Notes: generated by a model not told the origin, from the sequence alone. A stretch of DNA of 41,803 bases from an uncultured Clostridia bacterium (GCA_947624925.1 CANQMG010000002.1:1-41803), one strand, 5' to 3'; counted from the stretch's first letter, positions 1 through 11,933 are shown. Made by a program: numbers and translations.

Positions 1-678
1 CCAAACAAATCAGTAACTTTACCGACCTGCTTCTTCAACTATTACTTTAACTGCTGCAATATCACAATGTTTATGTTTTGTCCCTGTAAAAATTGTCAAA
101 CTATAATCTCCAGTAGCAACTAGGCAACTTGCTCTTGTAATACTTCCAATATCATTTAAGCGAGTTTTCTTTCTTAATTCTTCAAATACTTTACAAACAT
201 TATATTTTGCCTTAGACCACATATCACAATGACAAACAGTTCTAATATCATCTAAAGTATAATCATTTACAGATATTTTTTCATTATTTTTATAGGCTCC
301 TTTTCCTTTAATTGCTGTATATAAACTATCTGTAAAGGGATCATAAACTACTCCAACATTTGGGACACCATCAATTACTAATGCTAAGGAAAATACTGCT
401 ACTGGTATATGTCTAGCATACATAGCTGTTCCATCAACTGGATCACATACCCATACAAAATTACTTTTACCAAATTGTTCTTCCTCGCCATCTACACTAT
501 GCTCAGGATATTGTTCTTTTACTCTTTTAATTAAATATGAATTAATTTCTGTATCAGCAATAGTTACAATTGTTTTATCTCCTTTATAACTAGCACCATT
601 ATTTTGATTAAAGTATTTAATCATTATTTTACCTGCTTGATATGCAATATCTTTTGCAAATTCTAAATATTCTTCCAT
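1..678 (-). pseudogene. Inositol monophosphatase (IMPase/SuhB) family gene, interrupted by a 1-nt insertion near its 3' end; the 3' end runs off the window
   Basis: ORF 19..678 carries the IMPase motif WVCDPVDGT and ends ...AAVKVIVEEAGR + TAA (21..19). Skipping one base (plus-strand G24, a C on the coding strand) gives GGT AAA GTT ACT GAT TTG TTT GG = GKVTDLFG up to the window edge. This restores the family-typical EEAGG-KVTD C-terminal motif. Confidence 0.8.
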
Positions 679-680
679 TT

Positions 681-1096
681 CTAATCTTCACTCCTTAATT
701 TTGCTGCTAATGTTTCTGCGTTTTTATAAGTTAATGAATTTTCTCCATATCTGTTTTTAATGTCTTCTAGTCTTTTTGTATAACCAACATCATTACCATA
801 TTTATCAATTTGCATATCTGCTTTATTCAATATTTCTAAATATAATGATGAGTATTGGGCATTTATATCTCCATGATAATAAACTTCTTTCCAATATTTA
901 TAATCATTTCTTTTTAATATTTCTCCACCTATATGTTCATGATTTAAATTATTTCCATACTCATAGCCAATATCATGATTAAATCCCAATACAAATAAGT
1001 CTTGTAATTCTTTATCATCCAATTATATTCTTTTCCTATTTCAATCATCTTTTTAGCAACAGCTAATGAGTGCTTTAATCTATTTTTATCTATCAT
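681..1096 (-). pseudogene. Small HD-domain phosphohydrolase gene split by a -1 frameshift
   Basis: ATG at 1096 opens MIDKNRLKHSLAVAKKMIEIGKEYN, which contains the first His of an HD domain. Track ORF 681..1022 (TTG-initiated) continues in the -1 frame with DDKELQDLFVLGFNHDIGYEYG...HEHIGGE (the HD dyad). The junction is at about 1019..1024 (coding strand AATTGGATGAT where AAT-TTG-GAT-GAT would be in frame). This fits loss of one base from a short A/T run. Confidence 0.7.
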
Positions 1097-1112
1097 TTTA
1101 AACTTCAAAATT

Positions 1113-1307
1113 CTATTTTTTGTTAGTTTCTTCTAAACTTTTTTCTGTTCCATTTTCAGATATTAAATTAATGTAATGGGGATCTCCACCAATTCTTGTA
1201 TATTGATTGCCAACATCTATGGAACAAGCACCACATTTACAAATTATACAATCATGTAAATTTTTTGATTCAATTACATCATTACATCTTAAACATCTAA
1301 TCTTCAT
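1113..1307 (-). CDS. Small Cys-rich (zinc-ribbon-like) protein, 64 aa, function unknown
   Basis: ORF with CxxC...CxxCxC pattern (MKIRCLRCNDV...HDCIICKCGACS). It sits in a tight gene string 16 nt upstream of the HD gene. The SD (GGGAG) is weak and distant. Confidence 0.5.
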   Translation of the reverse strand: MKIRCLRCNDVIESKNLHDCIICKCGACSIDVGNQYTRIGGDPHYINLISENGTEKSLEETNKK

Positions 1308-1335
1308 ATTATTAATCTACACTCCCAAAATATAT

Positions 1336-1734
1336 CTATTTTAAGTTTATTTCCTTTAGAAATTCATCCAAAGTAAATTCTCTATTATATTCATCAATTA
1401 TAACATATTTAGACTCATTTTCTTTATAAAAACTTATGAAACTATTTAAGTCTGTAAAATTACGAAATCTAAAATCATCTACAATTTGTACTCCAATATC
1501 ATATTTATTAATTGGGTCAATATAAAGTTGTGTTTCGTTAATGTAATTAGGCTCATATTGTCTACATTCTTCCATTACATCGTTATTATTAATGGGTAAA
1601 ATATTAGCAACTTTATCATTAAGTTCTTTATACAAATTATCAAGTTTTGAATTAAACTCTTTTTCTAATAAATCCAATTTATTTATTGTTTCATTAGTAA
1701 TTTTTCTATCTCTCAAATAGTATGTACAAGACAT
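1336..1734 (-). CDS. Hypothetical protein, 132 aa
   Basis: ORF with a good SD (AGAGGTG, 4 nt before the ATG), starting 12 nt after the stop of the ATPase gene. No motif recognised. Confidence 0.55.
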   Translation of the reverse strand: MSCTYYLRDRKITNETINKLDLLEKEFNSKLDNLYKELNDKVANILPINNNDVMEECRQYEPNYINETQLYIDPINKYDIGVQIVDDFRFRNFTDLNSFISFYKENESKYVIIDEYNREFTLDEFLKEINLK

Positions 1735-1746
1735 ATTACACCTCTA

Positions 1747-2976
1747 TTATAAATTTTTATTATTATAAATAAAATCAACTATATTAACATGGTTTATACC
1801 ATCTCTTTTTTGAAGTAATAAATCCATTGTAAATAAATATCTTGGATATAATTCTTTAATCATGTAAAATGGTCTATATTCTCGTTCTTCAGTATCTTTA
1901 TCACTAATATCTTTTGATACTTGAATATAATAGTAATCATCATAATTTGCTCTTGCAATAAAATCACATTCTAGTTTTCCGATATAACCTACAGAAAGTT
2001 TATAATTTTTGCTTTTTAAATATGAGTAAATTACATTTTCAAGAACAGGTCCGTAATTTATTCTATTGTCTGTATTTTGAGAATAATAGATACTTAAATC
2101 TGCCAAATAGTATTTTCTTTCTCCTTTTAAAACTGATTTTGATTTTATATCAAACAAATCGCAAGAGTAAATGATTTTAGCTTTTTCTAAAATATCTAAA
2201 TATCTTTTTATAGTTCTTCTATCTACATTTATTTTTACTTCTTTTTTCAAATAATTATATATATTTTTTATAGATATAACTGCTCCAAAATTATTAATTA
2301 CAAATTTCTTTATTGTTTCAAATAATGCTCTATCATTAATTCTATTACTTGTTTTAATATCTTTATCAAAAATTTGATTTATAACACTTGAAGTGTAGGT
2401 TATTTTTTCTTCATAATTATCATAATATAGAGACTTTGGAAAACCACCATTTCTAATATATTCTTCAAATTCTAAATAAATATTTTCATTAACGCGTTTA
2501 TTTAAAAATCTTTTCATATCAACATATTCAAAAAATGAAAGTGTCATCATTTCTATTTCAATATATCTTCCAGTTAATTTTGTAACTAATTCCCCACTTA
2601 AAAGATATGAGTTTGAGCCTGTTATAAAAATAGATATATTTCCTTCTTCTCTGTATGAGTTAATTAATATCTCAAATCCTTTAACATTCTGTATTTCATC
2701 AATAAATAAATATTTAAAATCATTATCAACTATTTTTTCATCAATTACTTTTTCTAATTGTTTTGAAGTTTTAATGTTTTTGTAACCTTTTTTATCTAAT
2801 TCTATATAGATAATATCTTTTTCTTTTATTCCATTTTCTAATAATTCTTGAATTATTGATTTTAAAAAGAAAGATTTGCCACATCTTCTTATCCCTGATA
2901 TAACTTTAATCATATCATCATTATAAAATCCACGAATCTTCTTTAAATAATCTTCTCTTTTATATATCTTTTCCAT
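1747..2976 (-). CDS. AAA+ ATPase of the AAA_14 / DUF4143 family
   Basis: Walker A GIRRCGKS and Walker B LFIDEIQ. The 409-aa length and C-terminal layout (...CDFIA...YIQV) are typical of the stand-alone ATP-binding protein family with a DUF4143 C-terminal domain. Confidence 0.8.
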   Translation of the reverse strand: MEKIYKREDYLKKIRGFYNDDMIKVISGIRRCGKSFFLKSIIQELLENGIKEKDIIYIELDKKGYKNIKTSKQLEKVIDEKIVDNDFKYLFIDEIQNVKGFEILINSYREEGNISIFITGSNSYLLSGELVTKLTGRYIEIEMMTLSFFEYVDMKRFLNKRVNENIYLEFEEYIRNGGFPKSLYYDNYEEKITYTSSVINQIFDKDIKTSNRINDRALFETIKKFVINNFGAVISIKNIYNYLKKEVKINVDRRTIKRYLDILEKAKIIYSCDLFDIKSKSVLKGERKYYLADLSIYYSQNTDNRINYGPVLENVIYSYLKSKNYKLSVGYIGKLECDFIARANYDDYYYIQVSKDISDKDTEEREYRPFYMIKELYPRYLFTMDLLLQKRDGINHVNIVDFIYNNKNL

Positions 2977-3195
2977 ACTATCACCATAATTATATTATTA
3001 AATTTTTTAAAAAAAGTCAAGCTTCCCGACCAATTTTATATATTCACACACTAAAAGTGGTCGTAAATATACATTTTTATTGAATTTTGAAATTATTTAA
3101 CATTTATTCAATATAATTATTTTTCTTCTTTCTACTTTTATTTATATTTTCTCTGTTTCTGCATTGTATAGTATCATATTCAGCTTTATTTTATT

Positions 3196-5046
3196 TTATC
3201 TAAAGCCTCCACCAGAAGAACCACCTGATGAGCCTCCACCACTTGAATAACTACTTCCGCCACCACCGGAACTATAATCTCTACTTGAACTATTATTACT
3301 ACTACTATAATCACTACTTGCTCTTTTTGCAGCTCTTTCTTCTCCTACTCTAACGCCTTCATAGCAAATAGCCGCCATATTTCTTGTTGCAATTGTTGTT
3401 ACTTCAGTGTTTAATAATGTTTCTTGATTAAAGTTAGGATATAATTTGCTAAATTGTTCTTCAACTTTATCTGCAATTCCTAAAAGTTCAGCAAAAATTA
3501 AATATTCTTCCCATAGATGCACTTCAAAATACTCTCTTTTTGGCATCATACTATAATCTAATAAAAATTTTTTTAATCCTTTTAGGTGTATTGCTTCTTC
3601 TCTTAATTTTTCGCTTACTTTTTTTAATGTTACTACTTCTGTTTTATTCGTTTTTTCTTCTTTTTCTTCAAAAATAGTAGTAGTAATTAAACCTTTATTT
3701 TCTAAATAACTCTGTTCTTTTTTTAATATACTTGAAAACCAACTTTTTATTAGATAATAATTTTTTTCACTCCACTTTTGAAATTCTTTTGCTTCTAGTA
3801 TCTTATTTGAACCAGATGCTTCTACGAGCATTTGAAATAAACTATTTTCTATTTCATTATCTGCTTGTTGCATTTGCGTAAAATCAATTGCATAATTATT
3901 ATCTTTAAAATTAAATAAGCCTTTTTTTGTTTTTGTAACTTTTATATAACCATTTTTAATCCATTTTAATAATATTGCCCCCATAATACCTTGTTTTAAT
4001 TCTCTTACTTCAATTACATTATATTCGTAACATACCCAGTACGCCATTTCTAAATCTTTATTACAAGGAATATCTCTATAATATTCTATTTCATCATCGT
4101 TGGGTAATTTTGTCCCATTTGGGTCATAATCAAATCTTTCGGTATGTATTACATTATTTCTTACATTATGTCTTAACCCTATATTTAGAATATGCATTAT
4201 ACAACAGAAAAACAAGACTACTGGTATAAATCCTATGATTACAATTATTAAATCCATAGGTGTAGTTTTCGTATATTCATTTTTGCTTTCAGAATAATGC
4301 ACATTATTAGAAGTAGAATTATATTTAACATCACTGAATGCTTCATCATATATATTATCAAACGTCTTACTAGATGTGTTTTTTGTATTAAAAATATTAT
4401 TTTCAAATTTAACTAAACCAACCATATATTGAGAAGATGATAAGCTTCCTCCAGAATCTAATATAATGTTTCCGTCTTTAAAATTAATTGTTCCATTATT
4501 CCCAAATGCCCATATTTTAGAATTTTCTATAGAAAATGGTGTATTAGAGTGTATTGTAATTTTAGCATCACTTATATATTGGTCTAAATTTAAAAAATTA
4601 AAATATATTCCCTGTGTATCTTTATATTGTGTTACAAGGTTATTTATATTATATTTTAGTGTATAGGTTCTACTTCCATAGTTTGATATACCCCAACATA
4701 ATTCTAAACCATTTGAAGTATAATTAATTCCACATTTATATGCTTTACTGTTGAAATTTGCACTTGTATTCCATTTATTTAAAGTTTCGTATGTTTTTCC
4801 TGAATCATCACTTACTTTAAAATTAGTTATACTAGAATTTTCTAATTTGCTGTATGCTCTATACCCTTCTGTTCCCTGTGTTAAAGAGGCATTTCAAACC
4901 TCTGTAACAGTAGCATTTCCATTAGCATCAATATAAACATCCATATTTATTTTGTTTATACTGTTGGCATTTACTTTATTGGTAAGTAACAATAAAAATC
5001 CAAAAGCTATAAAAATTAATAAATATTTTTTTATCGTTTTATTCAT
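3196..5046 (-). pseudogene. DUF2207-type membrane protein gene with one in-frame TGA at codon 51
   Basis: ATG at 5046 (SD GGAG) opens a signal peptide MNKTIKKYLLIFIAFGFLLLLTNKVNA, then ...MDVYIDANGNATVTEV-TGA-NASLTQGTEGYRAY... The frame stays open with no other stop into track ORF 3196..4425 (5046-4425 = 621 nt, in frame). There are TM helices, and the Gly/Ser-rich tail (SSGGGGSSYSSGGGSSGGSSGGGFR) is typical of DUF2207. Confidence 0.75.
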
Positions 5047-5211
5047 AGTTTTTCTCCATTTCCACTTTCAATTGTAAAAACATTTTTTCTTATGTTTTAT
5101 TTAATTTATTTTATATCATTAATATTGCAATTTGTAAATAAATTTTATATAAAAAGGCAAGATTAAATTGTATATGTGTCAATGATAAATTAAATTGATA
5201 AATTATTTAAA

Positions 5212-5243
5212 TATACAAAATAAAAGAGTGTATAAATACACCC
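5212..5243 (-). terminator. Intrinsic terminator after rny
   Basis: On the minus strand, hairpin GGGUGUAU...AUACACUC starts 2 nt after the rny stop and is followed by UUUUAUUUU. Confidence 0.55.
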
Positions 5244-5245
5244 TT

Positions 5246-6787
5246 TTATTTTGCATAAACTATTGATCTAGATTCTCTTATAACATTTACTTTTATTTGT
5301 CCTGGATATTCCATTTCATCTTCTACTTTCTTTGCTATATCTCTTGCCATAATTGTCATCTCAGCATCACTTACTTTTTCTGGTTTAACTATTATTCTTA
5401 CTTCTCTTCCTGCCTGAATAGCATAAGATTTATCAACTCCTTCAAAAGAATCTGCAATTTCTTCAAGGTTTTGAAGTCTCTTTATGTATGCCTCCAATGT
5501 TTCCCTTCTTGCACCAGGTCTAGAAGCAGATATAGCATCTGCGGCTTGTACTAATACAGCTTCTAATGTTTTTGGTTCTACATCTCCATGGTGAGCTTCT
5601 ACTGCATTTATTACTAGTTCATTTTCCTTATATTTTCTTAATACGTCTACTCCTATCTCTACATGAGTACCTTCCATATCATGATCTAAAGCTTTTCCAA
5701 TATCATGTAATAATCCTGCTCTTCTTGCCCTTTTAGAATCTAATCCTAATTCTTCAGCCATAATTCTAGCTAAGTTTGACACCTCTATAGAATGATTTAA
5801 TACATTTTGTCCATAGCTTGTTCTATATTTTAGTTTTCCTATTAGCTTTATTAAATCAGGATTTAAACCAATAACACCTGTTTCTAATGTTGCTCTTTCT
5901 CCTTCTGCTTTTATTATAGCTTCTACTTCTTCTTTTGCTTTTTCTACCATTTCCTCAATCTTAGCAGGATGTATTCTACCATCATCAATTAATTTCTCTA
6001 GAGCAATTTTAGCTACTTCTCTTCTTAAAGGATCAAAACCAGATAATATAACAGCTTCTGGAGTATCATCTATAATTAGGTCAATTCCAGTTAAAGTTTC
6101 TAATGCTTTTATGTTTCTTCCTTCTCTACCAATTATTCTTCCCTTCATATCATCATTAGGTAAAGAAACTATTGATACTGTTGTTTCAGAAGTATGATCT
6201 GCAGCGCATTTTTGTATAGCATAACTTAGAATTTCTTTAGCATTTTTATTGGCTTCTTCCTTAGCCTTGCTTTCTGCATCCTTTATATATGCTGCTTTTT
6301 CCAAAGAAAGTTGCTTATCAACTTCAGCTAATAATTGCTGTTTTGCCTCATCTTTAGTTAGTCTTGATATTTTTTCTAGTTCATCCATCTGTTTTTCAAG
6401 TATTTCTTGAATATCTGTTTTTTTGGTTTCTAATTCTTGATTTTTCTTTTCTAGTTCCCTTTCTTTGTTTTCAAAAGCCTGCGCTCTTTTTTCAAGATTT
6501 TCTTCTTTTTGAATTAATCTTTTTTCTTGAATTTGTACTTCGCCTCTTCTTTCTCTAATCTCTTGATCTAAATCGTTTCTAGATTTCATTATTTCTTCTT
6601 TTGCTTTAAAAATTTCTTCTTTTTTTCTGTTTTCTGCTTCTCTATTAGCATCTTCTATAATTTTTTTTGCTTCACTTTCTGCACTTTTAATTTTAGATTC
6701 TGCAGTTTTTCTTCTAATTACTACACCAACAGGTATAAAAACTGCTCCTGAGATTAGAATAGTGGCGATAATGATTAAAATGTTCAT
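5246..6787 (-). CDS. rny: Ribonuclease Y
   Basis: N-terminal TM helix, long coiled coil, KH motif [11 protein letters not shown] and HD motif LLHDIGKA. The start is moved to the second ATG (6787), which gives proper spacing from the SD GAGGGA. Confidence 0.95.
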   Translation of the reverse strand: MNILIIIATILISGAVFIPVGVVIRRKTAESKIKSAESEAKKIIEDANREAENRKKEEIFKAKEEIMKSRNDLDQEIRERRGEVQIQEKRLIQKEENLEKRAQAFENKERELEKKNQELETKKTDIQEILEKQMDELEKISRLTKDEAKQQLLAEVDKQLSLEKAAYIKDAESKAKEEANKNAKEILSYAIQKCAADHTSETTVSIVSLPNDDMKGRIIGREGRNIKALETLTGIDLIIDDTPEAVILSGFDPLRREVAKIALEKLIDDGRIHPAKIEEMVEKAKEEVEAIIKAEGERATLETGVIGLNPDLIKLIGKLKYRTSYGQNVLNHSIEVSNLARIMAEELGLDSKRARRAGLLHDIGKALDHDMEGTHVEIGVDVLRKYKENELVINAVEAHHGDVEPKTLEAVLVQAADAISASRPGARRETLEAYIKRLQNLEEIADSFEGVDKSYAIQAGREVRIIVKPEKVSDAEMTIMARDIAKKVEDEMEYPGQIKVNVIRESRSIVYAK

Positions 6788-6925
6788 AATCATATCCCTC
6801 TTTTCTATTAAATTTTCAATGTTCGATAAATATATATAACTAATTTTATTTTTTAGAATATATTTTAACTTACTATTATATTTTATATGTATTATTGTAA
6901 ACTGTCAAGTGATTTTAATATGATT

Positions 6926-6965
6926 TTTGAAAAAAGACCGTTTCTGCAAAACAACAGAAACGATC
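6926..6965 (-). terminator. Intrinsic terminator after dnaJ
   Basis: Minus-strand hairpin GAUCGUUUCUG-loop-CAGAAACGGUC followed by UUUUUUCAAAAAUC. Confidence 0.7.
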
Positions 6966-6971
6966 TTGATT

Positions 6972-8123
6972 TTAACCAAATATTCCTTTTTTTCTTACCG
7001 GTGGCTGTTCATTCATTGTTTTTGCTAATTGCTCAATTAATTCTCTTTGTTCTTTAGTTAATCTTTTTGGAGTTTGAACAATTACAGTGAATATAAAGTC
7101 TCCTTCATAACTTCTATTTACATTTTTGAAACCTTTACCTTTTATTCTAAACTTTGTATCTGTTTGTGTTCCTTCTGGAATTTTAAACTTAAGCTTACTT
7201 CCATCTACCATAGGTATATCTAAGTCCGCTCCTAACGTCGCTTGAGTAAATGTAATGGGAATATCGCAATATACATTATCATCTTTTCTTGTATATAAAT
7301 GATGTCTTTTTAAATGTACTGTTATGTATAAATCTCCTTTAGGTCCACCTTTAGTACCTGCGGCACCTTCGCCTCTTAGAATTATTGTCTGATTATCATC
7401 AATTCCAGCAGGTATTTTTATTTTTATTTTAGTTGGTTTTTTTATTTTTCCTTTTCCTTTACATGTTTCACAATGCTCTGTAATAATTTTTCCCTCGCCA
7501 TGGCATGCAGTACATGTTCTTGTTGTTTGCATTTGACCTAAAATAGTAGTTTGAACCTGTTTTATTTGACCAGTTCCACCACACATAGAGCATGTTTGGA
7601 CTTTTGTACCTGGTTTTGCTCCAGTTCCATTACATGTACTACATGTTTCTTCTCTATTAAAACTAATTTCTTTTTCTACCCCTAAAAAGGCATCTTCAAA
7701 TGATATTTCTATATCATATCTTAAATCAGCACCTTTTGTTGGACCACTTCTTCCTTTTGAAGTTCTTCCTGACGTTCCAAATCCACTACCAAAAAATGAT
7801 GAGAAAATATCACCTAAATCTCCCATATCAAAACCGTCAAATCCAGAAGTTGAATATGAATAATAGCCATTTTGTCCTGCTCCTCCAAATCCTTGTGGAC
7901 CATTATGTCCAAATTGATCATACATTCTTCTTTTTTGTGGATCAGATAGGTTCTCATAGGCCTCATTTACTTCTTTAAATTTAGCCTCAGCTTCTTTTTT
8001 ATTATCAGGATTTGCATCTGGATGATATTTTTTTGCAAGTCTTCTATATGCTTTTTTTAATTCATCATCTGTGGCATTTTTATCAACACCTAAAACTTCA
8101 TAATAGTCTCTTTTCTCAGCCAT
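6972..8123 (-). CDS. dnaJ: Chaperone DnaJ
   Basis: J-domain with KYHPD, a G/F-rich region and four CxxCxGxG zinc-finger repeats. The start is set at [13 protein letters not shown] (ATG 8123), 6 nt after the SD AAGGAG. Confidence 0.95.
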   Translation of the reverse strand: MAEKRDYYEVLGVDKNATDDELKKAYRRLAKKYHPDANPDNKKEAEAKFKEVNEAYENLSDPQKRRMYDQFGHNGPQGFGGAGQNGYYSYSTSGFDGFDMGDLGDIFSSFFGSGFGTSGRTSKGRSGPTKGADLRYDIEISFEDAFLGVEKEISFNREETCSTCNGTGAKPGTKVQTCSMCGGTGQIKQVQTTILGQMQTTRTCTACHGEGKIITEHCETCKGKGKIKKPTKIKIKIPAGIDDNQTIILRGEGAAGTKGGPKGDLYITVHLKRHHLYTRKDDNVYCDIPITFTQATLGADLDIPMVDGSKLKFKIPEGTQTDTKFRIKGKGFKNVNRSYEGDFIFTVIVQTPKRLTKEQRELIEQLAKTMNEQPPVRKKGIFG

Positions 8124-8240
8124 TTTCTGCTCCTTAATGTATTTTTGTATTTGAAACATAGCAAAAAATTACCAAGTTCCAAATACAAAATACTAAAAAT
8201 ATAATACTAATTTATAACTTTATTATTCTAAATAATCATA

Positions 8241-10106
<1,866 letters not shown>

Positions 10107-10256
10107 CTATTCTAGTTGCTATATTCTAGATATGTTTTATCTAGAATGTAGCTTTTTATTTTATTTATTTATTTTTTCTTTCTTTTGTATTTTATATAAT
10201 AAAAATTTAATAACAATTTTATAAATCAATCAGAAACTAGTTTTACTATGCAAAAC

Positions 10257-10760
10257 TTAGTTAGCAACTACAACCATAGCATGCCTTACTACCTTAGTTC
10301 CTATTTGATATCCTTTTCTATATACTTCTTTAATTTCTTTTTCTCCTAAGTTTTCATCAGTTATAGAACTAACTGCTTCGTGCAATTCAGGGTCAAATGA
10401 TTTTCCAACCGCTTCTATTTCTTTAACTCCTAAAGATGATAATACATCTTTAAATTGTTTTAACACAAGTTCAACTCCTTGTTTATAATTATCATCTGCA
10501 GTATTAGTATTTACTGCATTTTCTAAATTATCTATAACTGGTAAAAAAGATGAAATTATATCTGATAAAAGTGAATTATATAATCCTTCCCTTTCTTTTG
10601 AACTTCGTTTTTTAAAATTATCAAATTCAGCCATAAGTCTTTTTAATCTATCTGTTGTTTCTTCTAATTCTGTTTTTATTTTTTCTGCCTCATTATCTTC
10701 TTTTGACATTGTTTCTTTAGTTTCATTTTTTTTATCTTCTTCTAAAATTTCATTTTCCAA
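10257..10760 (-). CDS. grpE: Nucleotide exchange factor GrpE
   Basis: Coiled-coil N-terminus plus a GrpE C-terminal domain (...FDPELHEAV...), positioned between hrcA and dnaK. The preferred start is TTG at 10760, 8 nt after the strong SD AGGGAGGA. The track ORF extends to 10817 but has no SD there and overlaps hrcA. Confidence 0.85.
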   Translation of the reverse strand: MENEILEEDKKNETKETMSKEDNEAEKIKTELEETTDRLKRLMAEFDNFKKRSSKEREGLYNSLLSDIISSFLPVIDNLENAVNTNTADDNYKQGVELVLKQFKDVLSSLGVKEIEAVGKSFDPELHEAVSSITDENLGEKEIKEVYRKGYQIGTKVVRHAMVVVAN

Positions 10761-10779
10761 ATTTAATTCCTCCCTATAT

Positions 10780-11811
10780 TTAATTTTTCTTTCCATCTCC
10801 AAGTAATCCTGATTCATTCATTTTTCTATTTATATATTTTAATACTGAAATAACTTTAGAATAATTCATTCTTTTAGGTCCTATTATTCCAATTGTACCT
10901 AATGATTTGCCCTTTATTTTATGATTAAAGGTTATTATGGTAAAATCTTTTAATTCACTATTTGAATTTTCATCACCTATATATACGTTTATATCTTCTG
11001 TTATTCCAGAATTCAATGTATCTATAACCAAATCTTTTTCATCTAAAACATTTATTAGATTTTTAGTAAGTTCTATATTTTTAAACTCTGGAAGGTCAAA
11101 TGCTTTGTTTGCACCTTCATAATATAAGCTTTCTTGTTCATTTATAACTTTTTGCATTTCCTTTATTATTGGTTTAATTACATTTAAACTTTCAGTCATT
11201 TCTGAAACTATATAATTTTCTATTGGCTCATCAATAACATCTAATGTTTTTCCTTTTAATCTATTATTAAACATAACACTTAATGTGTTTACTTGTTCCT
11301 CAGTTACATCTTCATCAAATTTTATTATAGTTTCTTTTATAATTCCAGAATCTGTTAATATTATAGCCATCATCATTCTAGAACCAAGAAGTACAAATTT
11401 TATATCTTCAATTATTTGGCTGTGTTTATTTGGTCCTATGCTAACAGTCGGATAATGTGTTATTTCTGATAAAGTATTTGTAGTAATTCTTGTTAATTCC
11501 TCAATTTGATTAACCTTTGTTTGCAATTTTGCTTGTATATATATAATTTCTTCTAGGCTTATATTATCTTCTTTTATTAATTCATCAACGTAAAAGCGAT
11601 ACCCTTTAGCTGAAGGTACTCTACCTGCAGATGTATGAGGTTTATCTAAATAACCATTTTTTTCTAAATCTGCCATTTCGTTTCTAACTGTTGCACTACT
11701 ATAATCTAATCCGTATTTTTGTACTATTAGATTTGAGCTTACGGGTTCAGCTGTTTGTATGTATTCTTCTATTATAGCTTGTAATATTTGTTTTTTTCTA
11801 TCATCTAACAT
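10780..11811 (-). CDS. hrcA: Heat-inducible transcription repressor HrcA
   Basis: N-terminal winged helix (MLDDRKKQILQAIIEEYIQTAEPVSS). It is the first gene of the hrcA-grpE-dnaK-dnaJ operon and is preceded by CIRCE operators. Confidence 0.93.
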   Translation of the reverse strand: MLDDRKKQILQAIIEEYIQTAEPVSSNLIVQKYGLDYSSATVRNEMADLEKNGYLDKPHTSAGRVPSAKGYRFYVDELIKEDNISLEEIIYIQAKLQTKVNQIEELTRITTNTLSEITHYPTVSIGPNKHSQIIEDIKFVLLGSRMMMAIILTDSGIIKETIIKFDEDVTEEQVNTLSVMFNNRLKGKTLDVIDEPIENYIVSEMTESLNVIKPIIKEMQKVINEQESLYYEGANKAFDLPEFKNIELTKNLINVLDEKDLVIDTLNSGITEDINVYIGDENSNSELKDFTIITFNHKIKGKSLGTIGIIGPKRMNYSKVISVLKYINRKMNESGLLGDGKKN

Positions 11812-11824
11812 AATATCGCCTTTC

Positions 11825-11851
11825 TTAGCAGTCTTTAGTTTCTATTGCTAA
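11825..11851. promoter_or_regulatory. CIRCE operator (HrcA binding site), promoter-proximal copy
   Basis: TTAGCAGTC-N9-TATTGCTAA compared with the consensus TTAGCACTC-N9-GAGTGCTAA. It lies between the putative -10 and the hrcA SD. Confidence 0.75.
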
Positions 11852-11863
11852 TTCTTTATATAT

Positions 11864-11903
11864 ATTATAACCATTTTTAGCAATTGTCAATCCTTTTTGC
11901 TAA
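11864..11903 (-). promoter_or_regulatory. Second CIRCE-like operator overlapping the hrcA promoter
   Basis: TTAGCAATT-N9-TTTTGCTAA at 11877..11903. On the minus strand a TTGACA (-35, 11890..11885) sits inside the CIRCE spacer. TATAAT follows at 11869..11864 (15-nt spacer; alternatively TAATAT at 17 nt). Confidence 0.6.
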
Positions 11904-11933
11904 TTTTTTTGTGAAATATTTGTAAACACAAAA

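Noticed and set aside
4894-4896. Selenocysteine at the in-frame TGA of the DUF2207 gene
   Set aside because: The protein is a secreted or membrane protein with no redox motif (no CxxU or UxxC context). I see no convincing SECIS-like hairpin immediately downstream.
4466-4936. Plus-strand ORFs 4466..4666 and 4751..4936 in an apparently gene-free gap
   Set aside because: The gap is not empty. The minus strand encodes the signal peptide and N-terminal domain of the DUF2207 gene, which the track hides because of the in-frame TGA at 4894..4896. The plus-strand ORFs are antisense artefacts.
10761-10817. GrpE starting at ATG 10817 or 10796, overlapping hrcA
   Set aside because: Neither ATG has a usable SD (none for the first; GGAG directly abuts the second). 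TTG 10760 follows AGGGAGGA at proper spacing and lies after the hrcA stop. The call remains uncertain without homologue alignment.
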